From a virus, in IMG/VR virus record IMGVR_UViG_3300017971_000265, positions 13,933-77,932 of that record: a DNA stretch of 64,000 nt, one strand, 5' to 3'. Position numbers and translations under genes: made by a program. Every line of letters begins with the position of its first letter. Positions within the stretch are counted from its first letter, which is position 1. The notes beneath the pieces are model-generated. The model was not told the origin of the DNA and ran no database searches. It worked only from the letters and a program-made list of their open reading frames with translations. Shown in pieces: positions 1 through 8,593 of this stretch.

Positions 1-2
1 AT

Positions 3-473
3 CGGCCCGAAGAAGAAGATCCATTTTTTGAGCTTTACAAGATGCAGGAGCATTTTAAGCTGATGGATCAGCGGATCGCGATGGAGACAGCTACGGAGAA
101 GAATCTTACTAAATTATTTAGTACGACACATAAGGAGTTTTTGACAGCGGCACGCCTGGGGGATCTCATTATGATGAAGAAAGAAAAATTGGGGCTCTTA
201 CGGAAGGAGAGAGGTGGTGTACGTCAGCGTGTTGGCAGTGGCGCTCCTGGCCGATTAGATTTGTCCGAGATAGTTTCAAATCCAGAATCGAGACAGAGGG
301 TGTTGGGTTTTGTAGAGGCCCTTTTTGGTGATCCCGAGCTTTTGGAGGAAATAGGGGGGAAGAAGAAAGAGGCAGAAGAGAAGCCGAAAAAAGTTAGGTC
401 GAAGAGAGAGAAACGGAAACGAAGAATTTCACCGCGTCCTTCGAGCGGAACATTTGGCAAGCGTAAGAGATGA
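3..473 (+). CDS. 5'-truncated protein upstream of terminase; possible terminase small subunit
   Basis: Frame is open from base 3 (RPEEEDPFFELYKMQ...); stop overlaps the terL start (ATGA). Function inferred from position only. Confidence 0.4.
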   Translation, partial: RPEEEDPFFELYKMQEHFKLMDQRIAMETATEKNLTKLFSTTHKEFLTAARLGDLIMMKKEKLGLLRKERGGVRQRVGSGAPGRLDLSEIVSNPESRQRVLGFVEALFGDPELLEEIGGKKKEAEEKPKKVRSKREKRKRRISPRPSSGTFGKRKR

Positions 474-3400
474 TTACTTCTACACGGGGGGGTCGTCACC
501 GGTCCAAGCTTACTCTTATGGAGAAGCGTCAAGATCTGGCTCGTCAGTGGGAAAGTATGTCGGAGATAGAGAAGGCTGGTGTTCGGCACATTATAGATGA
601 GGTTGATTTTCTCGGCACAGAGAATGATGTGGGGTTTGAGACGCTTGCTGAAATGTTTAGCTGCTCAGAGGTTTATCACGGTATAGCGGGGGCACATTAT
701 GTGGACCGTATCGCATCGGTAGAGGAATTTGTGTTGGATAATTACTATTTGGGCCATGTGGGGAAGTATCTATGGCCCAAGTGGTTGGCAGATTTGCAGG
801 AAGTATTTGCTGGTCGATATACCGAGGTGATTGTTACGGGGGCAATTGGCTCAGGGAAATGCCTAGATGGCAAGACTGAATTCTATGATCCGGTGAGGGG
901 ATGTAGGTTAGTTTTAAAAGAGGTTTGTGCGCGTGATGACGTCCATGTTGTAGCTTTTGATCAAGAAACGAACACGACTGTGACCAAAAAGGCTAAGGTG
1001 AGATTATCTGGAGAAAAATATCTGGGCACACTTACTCTTGCTAGTGGGAAAGTGATCAGATTAAGTCCAGATCATCCAGTTCTTACTGAGAATGGATGGA
1101 GCCCTATTGGTGATATAACTATGGGGGAGCTAATAGCAACGGCGCGTTCAGTTCCAGCGCCGGATTTTTGTTATGATGTTTCAGATGAAGAGGTAGAGTT
1201 TGTTGCTTTTCTTCTTGCAGAAAAAAGAGGAGTACTTGCAGAAAAAAGAGGAGTACTTGCAGAAAAAAGAGAAGTAGGTGCAACTGAAAACATTGGCAAA
1301 ACGATTTTTCATCCACGGGGGACGAGATGGGTTCAGCATAAGTATGGTTTGCATGAGACGTCTCATAGAAAGCGTATACCTCCTGAATTTTATGGTTTAT
1401 CAGATGAGCAACTGGGACTTTTCCTTAATAGAATATGGGCTTGCGATGGAAGTATTAATATTGCAGCTATAGCTACGTTTGAGATTTGTTTGGCGAGTGA
1501 GTTGTTTATTCGTGATATTCAGCAACTACTATTGAGATTTGGTATTCATTCTCAACTTCAAAAAGGAGAGGGAAGTGAAGATTGGCAGTTAACTATTTCT
1601 GGGGCCGAAAACATCGGCCCATTGTGTGCTGCATTGGGGCCTGTCTTGGGAAAGGAAAGTGCATGGAAAGAGGCCGCTGAGTGGGCAAGGGTTAATCAAG
1701 ACAATTCCAATATTGAACTCACTAGAATCGGGATGGATTTTGAGTCGCCAGAGCGATGTTCTTGGTGGACTGGCGTGTTTTGGGATCGGGTAGTTTCGTT
1801 TGATATAGATAATGAGATGAGCCCTGTCTATGACGTAGAAGTTCCTGGGCTTAAAAATTTTGCGCCGCATAGTGTTATTGTTCACAATACTACTTTCTCT
1901 GATATTGGTATTGCGTACATGTTCTATGAATTGTGCATGTTGAGAGATCCACAGGCGACGTTTGGACTGATGCCAGGGTCGGAAATTGTTTTGGTCTGTT
2001 TCAACCGTGATAAAAAACTAGCTAGAGATGTTACGTTTGGGGGGTTGAAGCGCAAATTAGAGGTTAGTCCTTTTTTTAAAGAGTTAGGATGCAAGTTTGG
2101 TGGTTCTGAGTTGGTTTATCCAGATAAGAATATACGGATCATTGCTGTTTCGGTTCGTTCTGCCGACGCTTTGGGCAGGGATGTGTTTGGTGGAGTTATT
2201 GATGAGACAGAGTTTATGGAGGGGAGCATTTTGAAAGGGGGAGGTGGAGTAGCAGCGCCTGGGGAAAAACCATTTGCTGAACTTTTGCATGAGTCGATTA
2301 CGCGACGTATGAAGTCTCGTTATGAACGTGCAGGTGCTTTGCCTGGAAAGCTCTTTCTTTCATCGTCGGCGCGACATAAACAATCGTTTACGAATCGCCG
2401 CATCGCGAGTGCTGCGAATGATCCGGGAATTTTTTGTCGAGACTATGCCATCTATGACGTCGCTCCTGCTGAGCGATTTTCAAAGAAGCATTTCTGGGTC
2501 ATGGTTGGGACCGAGCGTATCAAGCATAAAATATTTCATAGGCGGGAATTTAGAGCGCTAGGGGGTGAGGGTAGGAAACAACTGGAGGAAAAGGGTTGTC
2601 GATTTATCAAGGTGCCGGATAATTTTCGGCCTGATTTTGAGAGAAATATTGAGGATGCTATTCGGGAAATTGCCGGAGTAGTGACGGTTGTATTATCTCC
2701 GTTCATCCAGATGAGAGATCGCATCTATGATGCCATTGATCCGACACTATTTCATCCCATGGGGTCTGAGGTGTGGCGTACCGATGAGGCGACTCAAATA
2801 GATTGGCGACGATTGGTAAAACTGTATGAGCGGCGTGTTGGGCCGGGTCGGTTAGTAGAAGAATTGAGGCCCATTCGGCACCCTGATGCTACGCGGCACG
2901 CGCATATTGATATCAGTTTGGGAGCAAGCGATCCGGCAGGAATATGTATTGCTCACGTGGTTGATACGATAGACGTCGAGAGGAGGACAGAGGGGGGGAG
3001 GGAAGTTGTAGAGCAGGCTCCTTTGATTGAGGTGGATCTGATGTTGCGAATACTTCCTCCCCTTAACGGGGAGATCGATCTGGGATCTATTCGTGCCCTG
3101 GTCTATGATTTTGTAAAGCATGGTTATAATTTAACTTTTGTCTCGATGGATCTTAAGTTTTTGAGTGCTGATACCCTACAACAATTTGAGCATCAGGGAA
3201 TTGATACTGAGGTTATCAGTGTGGACAAGACTATTCAGCCCTATACTTATTGCAAAACTGCCCTATATGAGGGCCGGTTGAGTCTCTATGAATACCCCAT
3301 TGTTTTACAGGAACTGGAGCAGTTACAGAGAGATGAAATAAAACAGAAAGTTGACCACGTGCCGGGTGGAAGTAAAGATGTATCTGATAGCCTGGCAGGC

Positions 3401-3586
3401 GTGGTTTTTAGTCTTTCCACCAAGCAGGCATATCGTGCTCCGATTATGAGAGGCATTAGTGAGTACGAGGATCATGATAAGAGTTCGGAGTGGATACGCA
3501 AGACGATGCATCGCACAGGGGAAGAAGCGCCTCAAAAAGTTGGTGACGTCCCAGAAGACGGCAAGCCCATAATATTTACCGGGTAA
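470..3586 (+). CDS. terL: Terminase large subunit, intein-containing
   Basis: Walker A VTGAIGSGK/T (split by the intein), Walker B GGVIDETE, coupling motif LSSS, RNase H-like nuclease AHIDIS...SKDVSDSLAG. Confidence 0.93.
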   Translation: MITSTRGGRHRSKLTLMEKRQDLARQWESMSEIEKAGVRHIIDEVDFLGTENDVGFETLAEMFSCSEVYHGIAGAHYVDRIASVEEFVLDNYYLGHVGKYLWPKWLADLQEVFAGRYTEVIVTGAIGSGKCLDGKTEFYDPVRGCRLVLKEVCARDDVHVVAFDQETNTTVTKKAKVRLSGEKYLGTLTLASGKVIRLSPDHPVLTENGWSPIGDITMGELIATARSVPAPDFCYDVSDEEVEFVAFLLAEKRGVLAEKRGVLAEKREVGATENIGKTIFHPRGTRWVQHKYGLHETSHRKRIPPEFYGLSDEQLGLFLNRIWACDGSINIAAIATFEICLASELFIRDIQQLLLRFGIHSQLQKGEGSEDWQLTISGAENIGPLCAALGPVLGKESAWKEAAEWARVNQDNSNIELTRIGMDFESPERCSWWTGVFWDRVVSFDIDNEMSPVYDVEVPGLKNFAPHSVIVHNTTFSDIGIAYMFYELCMLRDPQATFGLMPGSEIVLVCFNRDKKLARDVTFGGLKRKLEVSPFFKELGCKFGGSELVYPDKNIRIIAVSVRSADALGRDVFGGVIDETEFMEGSILKGGGGVAAPGEKPFAELLHESITRRMKSRYERAGALPGKLFLSSSARHKQSFTNRRIASAANDPGIFCRDYAIYDVAPAERFSKKHFWVMVGTERIKHKIFHRREFRALGGEGRKQLEEKGCRFIKVPDNFRPDFERNIEDAIREIAGVVTVVLSPFIQMRDRIYDAIDPTLFHPMGSEVWRTDEATQIDWRRLVKLYERRVGPGRLVEELRPIRHPDATRHAHIDISLGASDPAGICIAHVVDTIDVERRTEGGREVVEQAPLIEVDLMLRILPPLNGEIDLGSIRALVYDFVKHGYNLTFVSMDLKFLSADTLQQFEHQGIDTEVISVDKTIQPYTYCKTALYEGRLSLYEYPIVLQELEQLQRDEIKQKVDHVPGGSKDVSDSLAGVVFSLSTKQAYRAPIMRGISEYEDHDKSSEWIRKTMHRTGEEAPQKVGDVPEDGKPIIFTG
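860..1888 (+). mobile_element. Intein (343 aa) in the terminase Walker A, with degenerate LAGLIDADG domain
   Basis: Starts CLDGKT, block B LSPDHPVL, ends VYDVEV...IVHN followed by Thr; removal restores GSGKTT. Confidence 0.93.
1214..1276 (+). repeat. 3 x 21-bp tandem repeat (LAEKRGV)
   Basis: cttgcagaaaaaagaggagta twice plus one copy with a single mismatch. Confidence 0.95.
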
Positions 3587-3597
3587 AGGAGAAAGTC

Positions 3598-6500
3598 ATG
3601 ACTCTAGTTGTAGCACAAAATATCAGGGATCAACTGCTTGGAAGGGGCGAGGGGAAGTATAGCCTCGATACTATAGAGGACTATTTTCTTGAGGCGATGA
3701 ATCTGATGTTGGGAGATCAGGATTTTGTGTCGGTTGGAGAGAATGTGTGGCAGGTAGAGGGTGAGACTCCGATTACCGTAGAGGTATTCAGAGTATTTCA
3801 CGAGGCTACCGGACAAGATATCATCAATAGGGTAGTAATTGTGGCGGGCGACAATAGGAAAGAGGAGCGATGGGCACTTCCCCCGGCGCGTATTACCGAG
3901 AAGTTTTATTTGGATCATCTCAATGCGATCAAGGATTATGTTTCGCAATGTGTGATGGGCAGCATCATAGGGGAAGACGTCGAGCTGGATGAAGCCACTT
4001 ATAAACCAGGCAGCGTGGCTCACTTTCTTATGGTGCTGACGAGCAAGGTAATCCAGGCGGATCAGCGTCAAGAGAAGGCGGACATTAAGCGTGGAATATC
4101 GGTGAATATTTATCGCCTTGGACATTTTTTAAAAGCTATAAAGGATGTTCAAAAGGGTGTTTCTCGGGTGATGGGTAGCACTGAAAAGAAAGACTTATTG
4201 GTTTTGAAACAGCGAATCAGCCGAGCTTTTACTCCGCAGTTTTCTCCTTCCAAGTTTGTACAAAAAGCAATCGATAAATACCTGGAGACAGGTGCGCTTC
4301 CGAAGATCTCAGGCAAGCGGGGAACGAAACCTCCGTGGGAAGAAGTGGATGTAGAACATGATGACGTCGAGTTGGATGAAGGTTTGGCCAAGGCACCTTG
4401 GGAGAAGGGTGGTCCTTCATATGAGAAGCTTGGATATACAGTATTGGCAAAGGTAAAGGGGGTTTTTAAGACAGACAATGAGCAGGCGGCAAAACGGGTG
4501 GCTCGTGAGAAAGAACTCTCCTATGGATTATCAATCTATGGTTCGTGGTATATAGGCAGGCCGTATCAGCTAAAAAAGCTTGGTGTGCCTAGATGGCAGA
4601 TAAGAGAAGACGTTTCATCTCTAAGGAAAAGAGACGGCGTGTCTTTATTTGTTGGGGAAGGGATAGATCTAGATGAGGCTATTCAGTGGAAAAAGAAGAA
4701 GCAACCAGTGACAGGACTCGATAAGTTTGTTGCGGGCGATGTGCGTAACAAGATGGTACTTTCTCCAGCACTTGCTGGGGATGGCCGGATGAAGGGGTGG
4801 AGGCTCCAGTTTCCTAGTGGTGTCGTTATAAATCATCATATTGATGTTTCCGATTCTCATGGGGCGAAGCGGTGGGCGGAGAAAATAATTGCTACACGCA
4901 GAGAAGACGTCGAGTTGGGTGATACTGGATCAGTGGGGGATATTCAGTTGATGCGAGACGAGCTTCTGGGAGATATCGATGAGGCGTGTAAGACACCGGG
5001 CATGAAGAAGCGTTCTAAGGGGAAGGGTCGTGGCTTGGCCAAGGGCAAGGGCAGGGGGCCGTTGGGTATTCCCATAGGAGACAAGGTTGAGTTGGAAGAC
5101 GTCGAGATGAATGAGGCAAAAGAGTTGTCGCATAGAGAGGTGGAAAAAATAATTACATCCTATGCTTCGGAGTTGTTACCTCTTTTTGCAGACAAATGGA
5201 GTAGGTGGCCACAGGGCCAAGCGGCCAGGGAGATTTACAACGTTTTGATGAAAAAACATAAATTTTATTCTAGCTCAAAGATGAGTAAGGAAGCTGGTGA
5301 TATAAAGAATGTTGCTAGGACAATTTTGAAGCGGGGTGGTATCAAGGAAGACGTCGGGTTGGACGAGGCCCGGCGTAGGAAGAAGATGACCCCGCGAGTC
5401 GATCCCGACATCAAGAAGATTCGGCCAGGCACGGTGCCCAAGGAGATCACGCTGTTTGGTGGCAAGAAGCACGCGGTGGACCCCAAGGCGTGGAAGCACT
5501 TCGTGAAGGAGGCCAAGAAGAACAAGAAGTGGGCCGAAGATCACGAGTACGCGAAGAACCCGGACGAGTGGCCTGCCAGCGGCATAAGCAAGGACATGCT
5601 CAAGGAACGGCTCAGAAAATCGGTCGAGCAACTGGCCCTCGATTCGTATCGGTATGCCTATATGCGGTCGCACGGCGTGGCCAAGGCGTGGGGCTCGAAT
5701 ATGGCTCTCGATCCTGCCGCCAAGAGGAATTGGGAGAAGATCACAGGCAAGAAGATCGAGATCCCGATGGACCCGGCTGAGAAGAAGGTGCTGGACGCGC
5801 TACGGAAGAAGCGCAGGAACGAGGGTGTAGACGTCTCTGGGTTGCGCGATGACCTTCTGGAGTGCGGGTGCGAGGACGAACTGGACGAGGCCAAGGGCTT
5901 TACCAAGGGGCAGCGCGTATCGACCCCGCTGGGACCGGGTGACGTGGCGTATCAGCGAATGGGTCCTCCGAACTACAGTGAGCCCGTGTCCGTGTCGGTG
6001 GTGATCGACAAGAAGCGCAACAAGCCGGGCTATACCGGGACGATGTTCAAGGCGAAGGACGTGAAGCCGCTCAAGGAGGATGTCGAGCTGGACGAGGGCA
6101 TGACCAAGCACACCGTTTTCAAGTTCGGATCGCTGGATGATTTGTGGGATGCTCACGATGCTCTGCGAGAGGCTGGCATGAATGTCAGCCGGTGGACTGG
6201 TGGCTGGAACACCGGGATGCGTGGTCCAATCGCCGCGTGGGTTCACCAGAAGTCGAAGACTCTGGCATTCGGTTCTCCGTCCGTAGCGAGCGAGGCCAAG
6301 AAGATCCTGTCCGCGAAGAAGATCAAGATCGCCAAGGAGTTCAAGGAAGACGTCGAGTTGGATGAGGGCGATTCCAATTATGCGCGTTCTGAACTTGGCT
6401 ATTTGAAAAAAGGTGAGATATGGAGCATACAGATCAGGGATGACAGTGGTGGTGCAACAAAATGGATGGATATAAACAAAGAGGTAATTTCTGCGTTGAA

Positions 6501-8583
6501 AGGGAAGGGTCGGGGGACTTACGCTGCGAAGGAGATGGGCCGTTTGAAAAAAGGTGAGATATGGAGCATGCAGATCAGGGATGACAGTGGTGGTGCAACG
6601 AAATGGATGAACGTTAGTCCTGGGAGAATCAAGGCGCTTATTTCGATATGGAGCAAGCAGGGTCAACGAGAAGACGTCGAGTTGGACGAGGCCAATAGAG
6701 GTTTGAAGTCACAGGCAAATTCTATTCTAGTGACGGCTCAGGAGATGGAGACAGATCCAGATTATTTGAGCAGAAAGCCTGTGTTGGTGAAGCCTTATGC
6801 GGAGAACATGAGGGGGCATGTCAAGGAGTTGTTGGCTCGAAGCAGAGATCCATTGGTAGAAGATATTGCCAATTCAATTAGCCAGATTCGACAGAAAATG
6901 GAAAAGATGGCTAGGTATAGTGGGGGGCGCATTCCTGCCGAAAGGTTTTCGGAGTTTTTTATAAAATTAAAAGCGCAGGCCAAGGGGATACTCTCTGCGC
7001 TGAGAAGCAAGTCGGTGGCGGAAGGCATATTAGATGAGGCCAAGAAGACCTACGTGGTGAACGTTAAGAAGTATTTCCGGGGCATCACGGATCGTGGCGC
7101 GGTGGTCAAGGCTAGGAGTGAGAAGGAGGCTATTGCCAAGGCTGCGAAGCAGCTTGGTAAGAAACCGAGTTATCTGGAGATTGAGAATGTGTACGAAGAT
7201 GTCGAGATGAATGAGGGCGAAACTCTTTTTATTTCTCCGACTAAGGAGGGGAACAAAAAGTGGCAGATCCTTCACAGCACTAGCGGGATGGTCGGGACAG
7301 GTGGCCAGATCATCAAGATAGGGGGCAAGAAGGAAATCAAGGCGCTGGCGGCCAAGCTCGCGAAGAAATGGAAGGCCGAAGTCAAGGAACTGGCTGGCGA
7401 AGACATCGAGATGGAGGCTGGGGACGAAATTCACGCTCTCAGGGACGAGCTGCTTGGGGGCGTAGATGAGGCGTGCAAGACACCGGGTATGAAGAAGCGT
7501 TCTAAGGGGAAGGGTCGTGGCTTGGCCAAGGGCAAGGGCAGGGGTCCGTTGGGTATTCCTGTTGATGAGTTGGAAGACATCGAGCTGGATGAGGGCCGCA
7601 AGGTCAAGCAGTTTGAGTTGGGTGACATTGTACGTCATACCAAGAAGTTCTTGCGAAACACGGGTCAATACACTGGAGTACCCAGGAGTGGAAAGGTTGT
7701 TGGTTTTATTGATCTTGCTGGAAAGAAACTACCAAGGGTGAAATGGGATGATGGTAATGAGGCTCCCATTCAGCCGGAAAATATCGAAATACATCCGAGG
7801 CACAGGAGGCGTATCGAAGACGTCGAGTTGGATGAGGCTAAGACCATTGCTCAGTTTGATCCAGTGAAGGTGGGGACAAAGGTCAAGTTGGTTCGTGGCC
7901 TGTTTGATATGGAGAAAGATCTTTTGCGTAAGAAAAATGTGCATTTCACTTTCGTTCGGTGGGCGAAGCCTCACGGGCATGCTGTGGTGAAGGATAGTAG
8001 TGGAGCGAATTGGCATGTGCATCCCGAGTCTCTTATTCTTGCCGAAGATGTCGAGTTGGATGAGGCTACGCCAGCTGGTGGTGCGGTAGCACTGAAAGCA
8101 ATAGCGGCACTAATGAAGGATTTCCAATACGCTCCCAAGGAATCGAACAAGTATTATGCGGCGTTTGTATATCGGGGACGAGGGGGTAATCAATCTAGGA
8201 TACTCGCGAAAGCTGAGAGTGCCTTGGCTGATGCTGGTTTTGACGAAGCGTCTTTTGGCACGTCGGGGGCTGGGCTTATGGCCGAGACGAGGAGGGGCAA
8301 GGTCTGGGTCAATATATATCTACCAGGACTAAGGACAGAAGACGTCGAACTGGATGAGGCTGGTGTAACTGGTTATTCAATTATGCAGCTTTATAATATT
8401 TTGGCCCGGACGGTTAAGAAGGGAACTGTAAAAGAGATCGAGATGATTCATAACGAGTTAAAGGCCAAGGGGGCTGATATGCACCTGGTTGACCTAATTA
8501 TCAGATCGGGAGGAAAGCTTCCTGGTCGTGTCAAAAAAATAGCATCTTTGAGCGAGATGAGAAATGAGCTGCTGGGCAGCTAG
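3598..8583 (+). CDS. Modular polyprotein-like protein: about 18 small basic modules joined by EDVELDE-type linkers; putative precursor of internal head proteins
   Basis: SD AAGGAG; 17 linker copies; lies between terminase and portal. ORF is secure, function inferred. Confidence 0.7.
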   Translation: MTLVVAQNIRDQLLGRGEGKYSLDTIEDYFLEAMNLMLGDQDFVSVGENVWQVEGETPITVEVFRVFHEATGQDIINRVVIVAGDNRKEERWALPPARITEKFYLDHLNAIKDYVSQCVMGSIIGEDVELDEATYKPGSVAHFLMVLTSKVIQADQRQEKADIKRGISVNIYRLGHFLKAIKDVQKGVSRVMGSTEKKDLLVLKQRISRAFTPQFSPSKFVQKAIDKYLETGALPKISGKRGTKPPWEEVDVEHDDVELDEGLAKAPWEKGGPSYEKLGYTVLAKVKGVFKTDNEQAAKRVAREKELSYGLSIYGSWYIGRPYQLKKLGVPRWQIREDVSSLRKRDGVSLFVGEGIDLDEAIQWKKKKQPVTGLDKFVAGDVRNKMVLSPALAGDGRMKGWRLQFPSGVVINHHIDVSDSHGAKRWAEKIIATRREDVELGDTGSVGDIQLMRDELLGDIDEACKTPGMKKRSKGKGRGLAKGKGRGPLGIPIGDKVELEDVEMNEAKELSHREVEKIITSYASELLPLFADKWSRWPQGQAAREIYNVLMKKHKFYSSSKMSKEAGDIKNVARTILKRGGIKEDVGLDEARRRKKMTPRVDPDIKKIRPGTVPKEITLFGGKKHAVDPKAWKHFVKEAKKNKKWAEDHEYAKNPDEWPASGISKDMLKERLRKSVEQLALDSYRYAYMRSHGVAKAWGSNMALDPAAKRNWEKITGKKIEIPMDPAEKKVLDALRKKRRNEGVDVSGLRDDLLECGCEDELDEAKGFTKGQRVSTPLGPGDVAYQRMGPPNYSEPVSVSVVIDKKRNKPGYTGTMFKAKDVKPLKEDVELDEGMTKHTVFKFGSLDDLWDAHDALREAGMNVSRWTGGWNTGMRGPIAAWVHQKSKTLAFGSPSVASEAKKILSAKKIKIAKEFKEDVELDEGDSNYARSELGYLKKGEIWSIQIRDDSGGATKWMDINKEVISALKGKGRGTYAAKEMGRLKKGEIWSMQIRDDSGGATKWMNVSPGRIKALISIWSKQGQREDVELDEANRGLKSQANSILVTAQEMETDPDYLSRKPVLVKPYAENMRGHVKELLARSRDPLVEDIANSISQIRQKMEKMARYSGGRIPAERFSEFFIKLKAQAKGILSALRSKSVAEGILDEAKKTYVVNVKKYFRGITDRGAVVKARSEKEAIAKAAKQLGKKPSYLEIENVYEDVEMNEGETLFISPTKEGNKKWQILHSTSGMVGTGGQIIKIGGKKEIKALAAKLAKKWKAEVKELAGEDIEMEAGDEIHALRDELLGGVDEACKTPGMKKRSKGKGRGLAKGKGRGPLGIPVDELEDIELDEGRKVKQFELGDIVRHTKKFLRNTGQYTGVPRSGKVVGFIDLAGKKLPRVKWDDGNEAPIQPENIEIHPRHRRRIEDVELDEAKTIAQFDPVKVGTKVKLVRGLFDMEKDLLRKKNVHFTFVRWAKPHGHAVVKDSSGANWHVHPESLILAEDVELDEATPAGGAVALKAIAALMKDFQYAPKESNKYYAAFVYRGRGGNQSRILAKAESALADAGFDEASFGTSGAGLMAETRRGKVWVNIYLPGLRTEDVELDEAGVTGYSIMQLYNILARTVKKGTVKEIEMIHNELKAKGADMHLVDLIIRSGGKLPGRVKKIASLSEMRNELLGS
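4981..7560 (+). repeat. Two near-identical copies of a ~93-bp module (4981-5073 and 7468-7560)
   Basis: Both encode EACKTPGMKKRSKGKGRGLAKGKGRGPLGIP. Confidence 0.95.
6403..6609 (+). repeat. Internal duplication within one module (6403-6468 and 6544-6609)
   Basis: LKKGEIWSxQIRDDSGGATKWM twice. Confidence 0.9.
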
Positions 8584-8593
8584 AGGAGGATAG

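Larger units (their letters stand above)
3973..8358 (+). repeat. Dispersed ~21-bp linker repeat, consensus gaagacgtcgagYtggaYgaR (EDVELDE)
   Basis: Copies (some degenerate) at 3973, 4360, 4657, 4903, 5095, 5347, 5872, 6076, 6346, 6670, 7021, 7195, 7399, 7573, 7816, 8044, 8338. Confidence 0.9.

Noticed and set aside
3973-8358. Linker repeats as a CRISPR array
   Set aside because: Spacers are about 150-550 bp, variable and in-frame coding; repeats are degenerate; no cas genes in the window.
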